Assembly: GCA_013239625.1 (NCBI GenBank)
Contig: MU053652.1
Location: 806,001 to 870,000, forward strand
Direction: 5' to 3'
Source: Lama guanicoe
Taxonomy: Eukaryota
DNA length: 64,000 nucleotides
Position 1 is the stretch's first letter; each line of letters opens with the position of its first letter. Shown piece by piece: positions 1 to 13,897 of this stretch. The position numbers and the translations under genes are program-made. The notes beneath the pieces were generated by a model. The model was not told the origin of the DNA and did no database searches. It saw only the letters and a program-made list of their open reading frames with translations.

Positions 1-1554
1 CTGCCCAACAGTGTCTCACAACTGAGTTGGAGAAAGAAATACATAAATATACAATATATATAAAAACTGTAATACAATGTGATAATTGTTCATGTATAAG
101 GAGCTAATGGAACAGAAAAGAGAAGACATTAAACTCTGAGAGGTCAGGTGGCACTCTGTTGATAAAAAGTGACATGCACGATGCTAGCCTGTAGCGTGAC
201 GGTCAGGCCAAGGAAAAGAGCACATTCAAGTACAGTAATGAAGAGGAAATACAATGGCCACAAAACCTAAAACCTGAAATGGGCCCTGTGATTGGAATTC
301 TGATTCATGGTAATTTTGTTAAAGTCAATTTGGTTGCACGTTTTGAAGCATGGATGAGGCAGGTCAGTGTAGATCCTGCCCCAGCACCTGGTGAAGGCTG
401 CAGAAGCAATGAAATTCTCTCCCAGAGATCGATTTACTTTGAAATTGACAAAAAGTCTATCATTTCTATTTTTGGTGTAGAAAGCTTAGGAATTTAGAAC
501 CAAAACATCTTTTTCATGACTCTTGTTACTCAAACCTTTTAACAATACAGACTTCCAGAGAATAGGCCAGGGCTGCATACCTCCAGATTTACCACTTAAC
601 ATGGGAGGAAGTATGACTTCAGAAAAGCTGACAAAGAGAAACCTAAATTTACATAAGAGATAAACTGAAATTTTTCAATATACAAAATGAATTTTTACTT
701 TCAAGACATCTAACGTCTATTCCTCTAAACAATATATTTTCTAAAGAACTGACATTGTAAGATTTATTTAAAATGTATATATTATATAAAAAAGGAATAT
801 TTATTGCTCTACCCACAATCCACTTATTAGGTAAAGAAAAATTTAAGCACCAAAGAAGAGACCTAAGTGTGGACAGGAGGCTCTGGTGGGTGACATGCTA
901 CATGAGAGAGAAAAACCTGCCACAACTTTGAACTTTCCAACAGCAAAATCAAACCTGGGATCACCTCTCACCATGCTGGAACAAGAGAAAATCAAATTGG
1001 GTTATACTACCTCCCCCCGCTGCCATCCCTTATTTCTGGTTCCCATTATCCATGCCATTTCTAGAAAAGAAAACTTGGGGCTGGTAAAAAGGTAGGGGTA
1101 ATAATTAAAGGTAGAAAATCATATTTAAGATGCGCCTTGAAAGAGATCAGACTTTTACTGAGTAGATACAAGTCGTGTTTAAAAGGGAGGAAGGGACTCT
1201 AGGTAGAAGTAACAGCACTTAAAAGGCACACAGGTGCCAGGCAGGGAGTCTGAAGAACAGCAAGTAATTTAGGGAATGGACCGGCAAGGCAGAAACGTAA
1301 GGGAAAATAAAGCTGGCAGAGCAGACAGGTAGCACTGGAAAGAAGTCTTGAAAAGGAAAGTAACATATTTGGAATATTATTTCAGGACTAGTCAACACAT
1401 TCTATAAAAGCCAGAGATAGGGAATTTATTTAGTAGGAGATTAGACAGAATCTCAATGTGAGGTAGGAAAAGGCTTGAATTAACTGGGACAATGGGAATG
1501 AAAACAATAAATTACAGATACACTGTAATAGAATAGTACCTTTTACGTCCATTC

Positions 1555-1770
1555 CACACTTCATAAAAACTTTATCTTCATTATCTTATGTGATTCTCAT
1601 AACAATCCTGTAAAGTAAGTAGGATATAAAATGCTGTCTCTGTTTTATCAATGAAGAACCAATGCCTGAGATACTGTAACTTGCCAAATGTTACCTACCC
1701 ACTAGTATTTACTAATGGTAAGGGGAGTATTAGAGCTCAGCGCATGTTAACCTGATGCTCCTTCAACTCT
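1555..1770 (-). mobile_element. MIR SINE fragment
   Basis: attctcataacaatcctgtaaagtaag...tgttttatcaatgaagaacc...aacttgccaaatg resembles the reverse-complement MIR core. Confidence 0.6.
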
Positions 1771-3579
1771 ACAAAAAGCAAATAGGTCAGACATGAGGAA
1801 GGGTAAGTTTTGCTCTGATATCTCAAACACATTTTATTCAAATATTTAATAAACATTTTTAAAGAGACGGGTAAATACAACCCATTAATGCTAAGATGTG
1901 CCTCAATTTCAGAAACATTTAAATGAGAAAAGCTTGATTTTTTATTATCAAGAAAATTGGGTATTTAGGGCTTTGCACCAGACACAGTGCCAGGTGCTAT
2001 GGGTATGGTGGAAGACACTCATGAAGGCTGACTGGGCTGTTGTGTTGACGAGATGTGCGACCAGTTCCCTCACCAGTTGGGGGAACCCCCTCCTCCCATT
2101 TCCCATTCCAAGTCACCACTGAGTTTCAGCAAAAGAAGCCTGCAGTAACAGTCCAATGTCTCCGTGTCCCTGGGAGGTGGCTATGGGGACAAGGAGGTAA
2201 TGCCTCCTGTATCTGGCTTTTGAAATAACTTCAAATATCAATAACTATGTCTCGATTTCCCTATCATGTGTATATCAATAAAAGGGTCAAAGTTTCCAAT
2301 GTTTGCTAGACTGTAAACAAGGACTCTTTTGTTTTCACATGACAGCAGTAGCACAAAGACATCTTCAATGATTTCTGCCCTGTCTATTAAGACAGCTGCT
2401 TTGAAGAGAAGCTCAAACATTTAAGATGCAGTATAAAACAATGCTGGCTGACACATAAACCAATAACTCTGTCTGCAGGTTAGAGAAACATTTTTATGAG
2501 GTCTGAAAACCATGGTTCAATGGAGCTATGTTTTGTTTTTTGCTCCTTGGGTTATTTTTCATTTCTGAAATCAAAGGTTCTTAATGATATAAAACAATTG
2601 CAGTATCATGCAGTCAGAATGCAACCGGTTTTATTACTTTTTATATGCAATCAAAATGCCAAATGCCATTCACAGTGCCATTACTCTTGAACCATGAAAA
2701 CATATTTAAATTCATTATTATTATTACTTCTAAAGATGCCCCCAAATGATCTAACTCTATCTTCCCATGAAGACTCAATAAAATAAAAAAATTAATTTCC
2801 CTCTCTACTCCGCAAGTCAGAAATGGATACGCTGCTCCCCGCTGTTAATGAGGTGATAGAAACACTAATGCACTCATTTAAGGAATTCTTTTTTCTTGGT
2901 GATTGATATAACAACAGTAACTCATCCCAAACTTCAGCATTTTAACACTGGCATATTTATTATTTCCATTTCCATATTTAGTTTGCTTACCTCTCGGACA
3001 AATTTAAATGAATGAAAATCAGCTAGATTACAGGTGGTAAAAACCCCAAAAGAAACACCATATGGAGATCCATACGCCTTGGCACTCTATCAGCAAGTGA
3101 CAGGATCCTGGAATGTAACTTCAGAATAACTGACATCCCCTCTGTATCAACTCTGTACCGGCGTTCTCGAACATTCGTGTCAAAATCTCATGCTGACATA
3201 TTCTACGTATAACCACTGAATACAGTAAGTCAAAATGCACAGCAGTTACTTTTCTCCTTCCAAAAAAAGTAAACAGAGCAATTCCAAAACAACTAAAACG
3301 ACAAAAACATTACCTCCCTATACACTAAACCAGAAAATTATAAGATGAAACCTCCCTTCCAAAAAAAAACCTGGGGTGGGGGGTGTGCAATCAAATGGCA
3401 AAGCTATAGCAGTACAGTTTAGGGCAGCTGTGCAATGGAACAGTCTGCACAATAGAGGCATTTCTCATAAAGCAAGACTCTTATAACATATAACGTAGGA
3501 CCAGACTGATGAATTAGGAACCATGCTCTGCATCATACTAATCATTATTAATTATGAACTATCTCTCTGATAGGGTAAT

Positions 3580-3971
3580 AGATCAGTCATGGTTCAGCCA
3601 GAGAAACAGAACTAACAGGAGATACAGAGTAAGAGATTACAAGGAATTGGGGGCCAGTAGGGAAGTCTGAAATCCAAATTCGGCAGAGAAGGTTGTCTGG
3701 AAGGGTAGGCACTAACCCATAGGCAGGAGCTGAAGCTGTTGCCACACACAGAACTTCTCCTTCAAGAAAGGGACAACTCCGCTTTGAGGACTTTTGATGG
3801 CAGAATCAGGCCCATCTAGATTATTTAGGATCGCCCTCCACACTTAAAGTCACCTGATTATGGGCTTTAATCGTATTAACAAAATACTTTTACCACAACA
3901 CCTAGATTAGTGTTTTACTGAATGAAGTAGGGACTGCAGACTAGCTAGCTGACACATCAAAGAGATTATCA
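3580..3971 (-). mobile_element. ERVL solo LTR, MLT2-like
   Basis: ggttcagccagagaaacagaactaacaggagata...cacctagattagtgtttt...agctgacacatcaaa matches the recalled MLT2 reverse complement. Confidence 0.75.
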
Positions 3972-5191
3972 GAGGGAGTAACTTGGAACCTGGCCCCAGG
4001 TGTGGGGACAGAAAACAGCGGATGGCACTCCTGCAGCGGCATCCCAGCTAAGTCTGAGTGCTTATGCTTTCTTTCTTTCTCTTTTTCTAATTCATGAAAA
4101 TGGATGATAAAGTACAAAAAGCCTTAAACTAATGATGCTACTGGTGGTGTAAAAAAAGAAAAGGAAGGCCATTATTCTTGCCCAAAAACTAGACATCATT
4201 CAACCCAAGATTTGCTCAGAGATACAGGTTTTATAGTTTCAAACTTAGAGCTCTATTTAAAAAAAAAACTTATTAATTAAATTCATGCAGGAAAAATAAC
4301 TTACCATAAATGATGGCCATAAATATAAGCCTAAAAAGGGCTTGGTATTTAATACAACTAAACATAGTACATTCTGTAATCAAAGGGGATGGGTCTAGAC
4401 TCAATGATTCTTATTTAGGGAGCACATACTATGGGTTGGGAATTCTGCATGATGCTAGGGTCACAGTGGTCCACCAGAGAGACATGGTACATACCCTCAG
4501 AAAACTTACCTGGTAAATGTAAATGGTTTACTACATAACAACTCTTCCTTACCAATGTACAATTGCTTATTATCTAATGAAAATGACAAAAGTTTCTTAA
4601 CAGAAACCATGACTTCAATTCAAATATGAAAATGTCTTACACTTCATACAAGTTTTGATTAGAAAAAGTCAGTTGAGATACAAAATTCATTGGTTTCTTA
4701 CCACTTACGGCAAATGGAAAGTACGAGACACAAAAATTACAAAATTAAAACCATCAAGGAACAGAAATGACAAGAGAAACACAAATTTTAACAGAGTGCA
4801 CCATATGATAGTTTCAAAGTCATGTCAGTAGGCAGAAAAGGTTACTAGACTATTACATAATGGAAATCCAGGATGAAAACTTTGTTCCAGGCTTCAACAA
4901 AGCACCTGCCAAGATTTCTTGTGCTGCCCTTGGTTAAAATATATGTATAAATATAAGCAGAATAATAATGTGCTTAGGTAGTTTAAAGCACAACACCACA
5001 AGAGACTGAAAAGGGAGTAAGTGTCAACTTAGAAAATGTTCTTTAGTGTCAAACAAGGGTTCCGCTTTTGCTCTTGTTTTTGGCCAGCTGTTTCTTTTTT
5101 TCCCCCAGTAACAGGGAAGAAAAATACAGCCAAAATGCATATTATATTGATGAATGTCATGAGCTTGGGAAAACAATGAAGACAGAATTTA

Positions 5192-5432
5192 GAGGAAGGG
5201 GGTGGAAAGGGATAAACTGGGTATTCAAGATCTGCAGATACTAACCAGTATATATAAAATAGAAAAAAGAACAAGTTCATACTGTATAGCACAGGGAACT
5301 ACATTCAATATCTTGTAGTAACTTATGGTGAAAAAGAAAATGAAAATATATATGCCCATGTATGACTGAAGCATTATGCTGTACAACAGAAATTGACACA
5401 ACACTGTAAACTGACTCTACTTCAATAAAAAC
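5192..5432 (+). mobile_element. 5'-truncated young (camelid-type) L1 3' UTR
   Basis: ggtggaaagggataaactgg...actgtatagcacagggaactacattcaatatcttgtagtaac...cttcaataaaa, a typical cetartiodactyl L1 tail ending in AATAAA. Confidence 0.85.
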
Positions 5433-5474
5433 ATATTTTTTCAGAAGTCAATATGAATCAACAGAGTAACTAGC

Positions 5475-5790
5475 TATAAAATTTATCTGGAGTAATATTA
5501 GATCACATTGGCAGATATACAGTATCTAGTACAAGAAAAGTAAATCATCCAACTCTCCTCTGGACAGGAGAGTTCAAATCTTATCCGGAAAAGAGTAGCA
5601 TTATTTTTTTTTTTAAGAGCCACTGGAACCAGCTGAAATAGTCAAGAATATCAATCAGAATGTCAAGGGTGCTGAAAACCCAGCAATAAGCTTGGAGCCG
5701 ATGGCTTTCACCTGGAAAAGAAAAAGCTCAGGGGGAATGTACTGGTCATTGTCACATGTCACAAGGACCACCATAAGAAACTGAGATAAG
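5475..5790 (+). mobile_element. CR1/L3 LINE fragment
   Basis: Degenerate match to the CR1 ORF2 C-terminus, e.g. ttcacctggaaaagaaaaagctcaggggg resembling FSLEKRRLRG. Confidence 0.5.
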
Positions 5791-6124
5791 ACATTCTCCA
5801 AGGCTAGAGGGAGTCAAAGCAGGAGCAGTATGTTTAAGCAACAGAGACAGACTGGAAAACTCCTTGAAGAATTAATGCAGAGAGAATCCAAGTATAGTCA
5901 AGTTAAATGGCTTTTAAGATCCTTTAATACTGAACAGAGTTCAAGTGAGTGATGAAAAAAACTGAACTGGAGAACCTGTAGCAATATGGAAAGGAAGATA
6001 AGAAAACTATCTGAATGTAAAGTCTAAATGATTCTGCAACTAGGAGAATGTGAAGAAATAAGAGAAAGGTAAGTTAAATCAAGTTACTATATTTAACAGG
6101 AAAAGTGGAAGAACCCCGTATGTA

Positions 6125-6340
6125 GTAAATGACTATTTGGAATCAAGTGCTGTACGAGGTATTTTATACACATTAACCCTCAGAATAACCCACTAAAGTA
6201 GATGTTATTACAAGTCCATCTTTAGAAAAGAAGAAATTGAGGCTCAGAGAAATTCAACAACTTGCTGAACATCTAGAAACTGGAAGAGCTATGATTCTTA
6301 CTTGGATTTGACTAGAAAGCCCACATTGTGTCCACTGAAT
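6125..6340 (-). mobile_element. MIR SINE
   Basis: cctcagaataacccactaaagtagatgttatta...gaagaaattgaggctcagagaa...aacttgc. Confidence 0.7.
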
Positions 6341-7924
6341 GCCAGTGTGATTCCCAGATGCAGAATTTAGTTATATAGAAAATTAACTTTTGAGGGACAC
6401 TGTTTCTTAATGATACCAACAAATGAGGCATTACTACACTGTTTTCCTCCATAAAGCAGGAGTCTTGAACCTGCAGTGTAGGAGGGAGAAACCTCTCATT
6501 TATGAGTACTTGGCAGAGAAGGAACTGTCACACAATCAAAGAAAAAAGTTGTTTCAGTGACCTTTTTAATCCCTTGCCACTTTTCAGACATCAAATATAT
6601 ATACAGATCCCTCGACTTTTGAAAGCCCAAACTGAAACAGAATTTAAAAAACAAAATAATCAGAACAAAAGGTAAAGAGATATCCTCCTATTCATTCAAA
6701 CCTTATCTCCCTCTTATTTCATGTATGAGATACAAAGCTTTGAAGCATGCTGACCAGGAAGACGAAGTAAAGAAATCTACAAATGAAAGATAACAAGGTT
6801 TTTCCGCACCCAATCAACCCAGCACATCAATATCCCGTTGCTTTAGAAACAGAACATAAAAGGTTACTGCTTTAATTCCCTTGATTTGGTTAAACCTCAC
6901 ATTTGACAAAATACCATCTAACAAACTTATTAGCATGGTCCTGGGGCTTAAGAATAGAGGAAACGGGGGGAAAATGACAGTGTAGAGGTTCTAAAAATTT
7001 CAGTTAAAACGTAGAAGAAAAAGGAATTAGCCACCATGAGGTGACCAAATTTAATTTGTTATAGGAGTTGACAAAAATGGGCTCTAAAGTGCTTGATCCT
7101 GACTGATAAGGAAAAGACAACTTCAAAACAAAGATACCTGAATCACATGAAGTGAGGTAAATCAGTTTCCTACTGAGAAAACAAATGAATAGCGGAAGTT
7201 ACTATAAAAGTCGCTTTACCAGCAGGAATTATACTAGATTTCACTTCAACGTGATCTTTAAATGATTAAGGGACTAGAAGGAAGACAGATAAAACCATGA
7301 AAACATTAGTCCTGGACATGCTGTGATTATCAAGATGGAATCTGGGGGGGAAAAAGCAAAGCACAAATACCTGGTAAAAAATTATCTTAAGCATGTATTT
7401 TTCAGGTTACCTGAGAATAATTTTTAAGTTTGGTTGCAAGTAGAAATGATGAGGGTCTTTTGTTCTCTTCAGGAAATACGTGCTGAGTTCATAACACTTT
7501 CATTTTCCCAAAGAATCATTATTTGGTGCTAAAAGCCAGGGGGAAAAAAGTCTGTATAATAATCATCAAAATGTAGCCCCTAGCCTTTACTATTTAACTT
7601 TGTTCAGAAAGGTATAATTCACAATTTTCTAAGTAATGCTATTTCTTGGGAGAAATAAGATAAAGCTAATTTCATTTACAGGCTAACTAAAGACTGAGGG
7701 TCCATTTATCATTTTTAAAATGCTAGCCGGCAGATAAGATTAGTTTCTGTCACTCACAGCGCTGTCAAGATGACTCAATATGATTGCAAAGTCGATTTTT
7801 ATGGCCATATTTGAACAAATAATAAATGTTCCTATAGAGGCTTCCGTTTGAGGATCTCAAAGAATTTGACTGATGGAGAGGATAAAGGACAAGCACACTT
7901 CAAGCAGGAGGTTCATTTTATAAT

Positions 7925-8110
7925 CTCATGCCACTTTTTTCTAAAGAAGATCTAGAAGAAGCCTCTAAAATTATTAAAACCTGGATAAAAGCAGTAGAGA
8001 AATAAAGCTTAGAGGAACTGAGATGATTTTTGGCTGAAGAAAAGACAGCATAAGGCTAACCTAGTAATAGTTATTAAACATATGAAAGCTTAATGTATGA
8101 AGGCTAGGTG
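7925..8110 (+). mobile_element. CR1/L3 LINE fragment
   Basis: gaggaactgagatgatttttggctgaagaaaagacagc...ttattaaacatatgaaag resembles the L3 3' ORF segment. Confidence 0.4.
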
Positions 8111-8874
8111 AAGCTTTCAAGGGAGCAACTCAAGCAAATACGGGAATTAAGCAATCAGGTAAAATGAAGAAAGCAACCTGCCCACAGTATAGCCATTAGG
8201 TATTGAAAGTTATAAAAGAAAATTTTAAAAAACACTCCTCTGAAACTTAACACTAGAGAACAGCAACTGAACAATAGCTTGAGTGGAATCAATAGAATTA
8301 ATTAAATTATACCTGGATACTCAAGGTAATCTACTGAGATTCCAAAGAAATACTGAATTAAATAGAAATAATAAATTAAATAGAAACATAAAAATCTGCC
8401 TTAGGGAAAAATCTTAGGTGATGCCATTTACATACAAAGAGAATTTTGGAAGACTTATAAAAACATCTGATTGCCTTCTTAACTCAAAAGGAAATAGATA
8501 TCAAAAACAAACTGCAAAGCCAACCAAGAATTCAAGGACAAATCTAAAAAGCTCAAGTTTCCCAAAACAGTCAAGCTGTTGTATCTGTGATCTAACTAAA
8601 AATAGGGAAAATTTTATTTTTATAACTTTGGTCACCTTCTGCCTCCTGTTTTGCAGGTTTCTAATCTAAACACACACAATATTATTAATATTTTTAATCT
8701 CTGAAGTTTTAATTCTGAATCTGCCAAGCTTGAAAAAAATTCAAATTTTTCTGAATATACACAAGAAAAATAAAACTGGTACTAATAATCAAATACAGAA
8801 TTTAATGTTACTCATTAAATCAGTTTCAAATTATTTCAAATCATTCTGTGGACATTTTTTAAATGGGCATTCTC

Positions 8875-9634
8875 TAGCTATCTGCAAAAAGACAAAAGAT
8901 ATCAAGTCTTGTTGAGTATATGAAGGAAAGGGAACCCTTATGCACTATTGGTGGGAGCCACTGTAGAGAAAACAGAATGGAGACTCCTCAAAAAACTAAA
9001 AATAGAACTACCATATGATCCAGCAATTCCTCTCCTCTTCCTCTAATGGATAAAGAAGATGGGGGTGTGTGTGTGTGTGTGTGTGTGGGTGTGTGTGTGT
9101 GGGTGTGCGTGTGTGGGTGTGTGATGGAGTATTATTCAGTCATGAGAAAGAAGGAAATCCTGCCATTTGCAACATGAATAGACCCTCAGGGTACTATGCT
9201 AAGTGAGATTAGTCAGGCAGAAAAAGACAAATACTATATGATATCACTTACATGTGGAGTCTAAAAAGGCCAAATCTATAAAAACACTGAGTAGAATTGT
9301 GATTATTAGAGGCTGGGGGTGGAGAATTTGGGGAGATGCTGTGCAATGGTACAAACTTGCAACAAGTTGATAAATAAGTCTTAGAGATCTAATGTGCAGC
9401 AGAGTGATTGTACTCAACAATACTGTATCATGAACTTCAAAGCTGCGAAGAGAACGGATCTTAATAGTTTCCACTACAAAAAGCAATGATAATTATGTGA
9501 CTTGATAGAGTTGCTAGCTAAGGCTATGGTAGTAATCATACTGCAATACATAAACACATCAAACCAACGTGTTGTACACCTTAAGATCACACAATGTTTA
9601 TGTCCATTATAGCTCAATAATAAAAAGGAAAGAA
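8875..9634 (+). mobile_element. 5'-truncated L1 (L1MA9-like) with 15-bp TSD
   Basis: L1 ORF2 end and 3' UTR (aatagaactaccatatgatccagcaattcc...ctcaataataaaa). Flanked by taaatgggcattctc (8860-8874) and taaatggccattctc (9635-9649). Confidence 0.9.
9065..9123. repeat. Imperfect (TG)n microsatellite inside the L1
   Basis: Directly visible TG run with a few GG/CG interruptions. Confidence 0.95.
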
Positions 9635-9691
9635 TAAATGGCCATTCTCCAAGCAACTTATTATCTCAAAATAATTTAAAATGTAAGTTTA

Positions 9692-9878
9692 CAACTGAGG
9701 CCTCCAGCTGGCAGCCATGCCCTCCAGCCCCAGTCAAGTCTTAGATGACCGCAGTCCTGACTAGCATCTTAATTATAATGTCATAAGGGGTCATGAGCCA
9801 GAATCATCTAGCTAAGCCCTCCCGCATCCCTGACTCACAGCAACTGTCTGGTAATAATTATTTGTTGTTTTAAGCCGC
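9692..9878 (+). mobile_element. MaLR LTR 3' fragment (MLT1E/F-like)
   Basis: ccagccccagtcaagtcttagatgaccgcagtcctg...ccctgactcacagcaactgt...ttgttgttttaagcc. Confidence 0.75.
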
Positions 9879-12800
9879 CCCCAAAAATAAAACTTTATAA
9901 AATGCACTTACCCTGTGTACTAAAAAAAGAGAGACTGATATGAGAGTTTAGGACCTTGGAGTCTCCTAGGACTCTACAGTGCATGACGACACAGGAGAGA
10001 CTTGAGCCTCTGCTTCCTCACTGGTAACCCTTCACTCACAGGATGCAAATACAGTGCCTCGGCAAAATTTCTTTCCCCATAAGTACTCTCAACACTGTAT
10101 GACATTTTTTACTCTACCAATTACTGAAACCTCCTCCAAGTAAAGGCCCAAGGACACAGGTAAGAATTTTTCTTTAACATACATATATACGTGGGTGGAT
10201 GATTCATATTTAAAAAAAAGAACTAATTATGGGGCACTATGCATCATTATTCCCAAGTGTTCACGGTCAACAGCTTTCAAAGTTATTACAGAGATGCTAA
10301 CCAGCAGTGCCAAAAGATGAAGGTGGTAAGAGTGATGGACATTCAGACATGGAAAATTACCTCAAGTGCCATTTGGGAACAGGTTCTTAGAGATGGTATA
10401 CCTGACCACTGCTTCCTGTGTAGTGCACAAATTCTCAAATTGTTTGAAAAAACTGGGGGAGAATCACTTCCAATGAGGAAAAAAAGTAAATAAAGACTAT
10501 AATCAGCCTAATTAAGCCTAATTATTTCATGTAGATATAAATATTCAAAAGATGGGCCATGATTTTCCTTATTGTTACCTATTTTAATGTGAAAACTTTC
10601 ATGTTCCTAGAATTAAAAATACAAATGTTAGTAATGTCAGAAAAAGGGAAATAGCTAGTGAGAAGTGCTTTGACCCATTATGTAAAAACATACCCTACAA
10701 ATCAAGGGATTCCAAATTCTAAAATGATATTTTTGAAGTTTCTTGATGAGAAGGAAACAGAGAATAAATAAACTGATTTCTGCAATGCAGTCTTTCTCTA
10801 CTTTATAATGGGAAGCTATTAGCTTGCAAGCGAAACTGGCCAAGTCCATCAGGTTAATATATCGTCCCATAACACACAAATTGATACCTGCTGGCAGGCA
10901 CTGTTCAGAATAAGAGACCCAAAGCTTTTGAATAAGGAAGAAATGGTAATTTACCAGAAAAACACACACATGCATATATACAATGAACTATACATTAGTA
11001 AAAGAAAGCATAGACTTGGAAATTATGTTTATAAATTTGAAAGTAAATAAAAAGGCAACTTAGCAATTTAGCAATTGGTTATAAAAATGAAGCCATGCAT
11101 GGAAAACTTATTAATGTTCTTTTAATAGTTTTCTGAGGTAATAAGAACTATGATGGGGTAATCAGCTGGAGTCACCCTGGTTTTTAATATGTTTTTCTTC
11201 TCCTGGGTACCCAGTACCATATGGTCCTAAAAAAAAATTTCCATTAGTGGCTCACTGACAAATGGGACAGAAACAGTATTCGAAGGCTGGAGTTTAAAGG
11301 AAAAAAGAAATCCAGTGGCAACATTTAGATGGGATGTGGTTTACGGCAGATTACATAATGACAAAAAGTGGCCATCAGGAACAAAATTGCAGCTCCTGTA
11401 AGCAATTGCATTAGTGAGGCAGGTGCTACAAAAATGATAACAAGTAATGGCAACAGTAATAACAAAAAATGCCTTATGTTTATCTAATGCCTTCCTTCTG
11501 AAATACTCAAAACTACCAATGGGAAATAGCTAACCGCTCCTCCCAGGCTTGGAGGTTGCTGGTAGGCTTCTTTTCTTTTTTTTTAAACTATCTGAATTAA
11601 AGAAGTTTTAACAAAGTATCATAAAGCAAGAAGGGGTTCTGAAACATTATCTACAGGGAACCTCTTACCACTAAATGATATGTGCCCCTTGGCATGCCTC
11701 CTTAGAATTTTCTGGGACGGAGTCTACAGATTCTCAGGTCCAGGGAGTCATAAACTTCATACAGTGATGAAATTCTTCCAGAAGGGCAACTGAAAATTCA
11801 GGTTATATCCAGGATGTGATCTATGGGAAGTTTCCATGCTTATAAAACCATATACTATACTGAAAACTATGTACACAAAAAAGGGGAAAACTCCAAATTA
11901 TTAACTCATCACATCCTACATAGATATTCTGGTTAGCTTCTAGAGAGAACTTATGTCTGAGACAAGTGGCTTTTCCTGTTCTTGATTAACAGGTACTAAG
12001 ATAGCCTGTCTTCACTTAAGTGAGCAAAGAACAGAATGCATCTGAGATCCAGAACTGTGCTAAGTCCATGTTCCCAAAGGAAGCTGGTCCCTGATTTCGC
12101 GATTTGAGATTGTTTTAAAGTTCAGACATTAGTAATTATGCAAAATGGACAAATACAGTCCAGGGGGTAAGGTTAAGGACAAAATGAAATATAGGAGAGA
12201 TGGCTATTTGCATCAGATATCAGCTGATGACAATAAAAGAAAAAATCTCTTACATAATCAAAGCATCACAATGCTTGAAGGAGGTCAGAATGAAGACTGA
12301 TGCGATCCCCATTTCCCTACAGGGAAGGACTCTCTGCCTTCTGTCCCACTCTTTGTAATTATATGACAAAGTGGGTGTGTGTGTATAAATATAAAATGGT
12401 TCTTCCTAGAAGTAATGGAGTAAAGCAGAGTCTTAAGCATACCATCAGTACAAGATACATGGGTAAAAGATGAAGACAATTAAGTAAATGTTTCTGGAAT
12501 AGAGGATGACATGCAGGTCAGTATCAAAATATATTAAAAACATACTGGATAAAGAACTAAAAGAAAAGAAAAACATACACATGCAGCAATTTCACTGAGA
12601 CAAGCGTGGCAATGTAACCCTCTCTTCATACATAAAGTCCGTATCCCTAAAGGAAATTTAAGTTCTTTGAGAGCGTGGATACAGTTTTTTACATATATCA
12701 TAAATTTAATCATAGGAAAAAGAAAAAAAGGACTAAAAGATTGTAAGGAGAGGGAAGGAGACCTTTGCTAAGCTATGGATGAGGAGAAAACTGTTTTTGG

Positions 12801-12964
12801 AAAGCAGTTTTATTTACACTAACCATTTTGGGGGAAAAGAGGGTTCACCCATAAAGGATGACTCAATTATTGTTACCAAAAAAAAAAAAAAAAAGCAGCA
12901 ACAGGGAATTCCGAGAGTTCACAATCTGTGCTAACTGAAAAGAATGTGCTTATTTTCCAGCTCC

Positions 12965-13085
12965 TGTACCATAGTGCAAAAGGAACTGAATTTGGTCTGC
13001 ATCTTAGGTCTGCCGATTACTAGTTATATGACTTTGGAAAAAGTTACCCAACCCCTGAACCCAGTGGCCTTATCTATTAAAATAA
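12965..13085 (+). mobile_element. MIR SINE fragment
   Basis: tctgccgattactagttatatgactttggaaaaagttacccaacccctgaacccagt. Confidence 0.6.
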
Positions 13086-13689
13086 AAGTACTCTTATGTC
13101 CTACTTGTCACTCACAATAAAGAATGGGAAAAAAACAGGAAAAATTCTTGTAGTTGTTGCTGCTAAAGAAAAGAAACATTTATACAGAAAAGATAACAAA
13201 ATGAACCCAAAGTATGAGCTACTGTGATCAAAATGTGAATTTTTTTATAATGGCATCTTCAAAACAGTTCACGATTATACCTGAGTACTGATAAATCTTC
13301 AATATGGACTATATTTCCACAGATGTGTTGATAAAGATAAACTCCAGAGTTGTACCGCACCATTATTCTAGTTGAAGGCAATATTAATATCCACATGTTG
13401 AATTACTTTCAGAGAAAAAAAATCCACCTGGCATTCAGCTAGATTTGCCTGCTAAGCGTGCAGCCAGGGATCGTGGTTGCTGCTTCATGAGGGAACAAAG
13501 AATCTGACTAGTAAGGACACTTTTCTCTTGGTAAGAAAATGAACAAAATGGAGTACGGATGGTACTGTATTTCCAGACAGTGCAGACTTAGAGAAAGTAC
13601 AATACAAGAAGAGGAACCTGTCCAACTGGGCCCTGCCTACCTCCTGATGACTAATATGTAGTATGATGGCAAGAGTTCAAGTGCTCATC

Positions 13690-13897
13690 AGGGACCAAGA
13701 GGAGACATCAAGAAGGAAGCACGCACATGATGAAACTTTAGTTAAGAAAGAGCCTAGATCCTTGAGGACATCATCGATCAAGGCCACCATGCCAGGACTT
13801 GACTGCCTGACTTTTATGTGAAAGAGAAATAAAACTCTATCTTGTTTATACCACTGTAATGTTGAGTCTCTTATTTATAACCAAACCTACTCCTACA
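13690..13897 (+). mobile_element. MaLR LTR 3' fragment (MLT1I/J-like)
   Basis: agagcctagatccttgaggacatc...cttttatgtgaaagagaaataaaactctatcttgtttataccactg. Confidence 0.7.
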
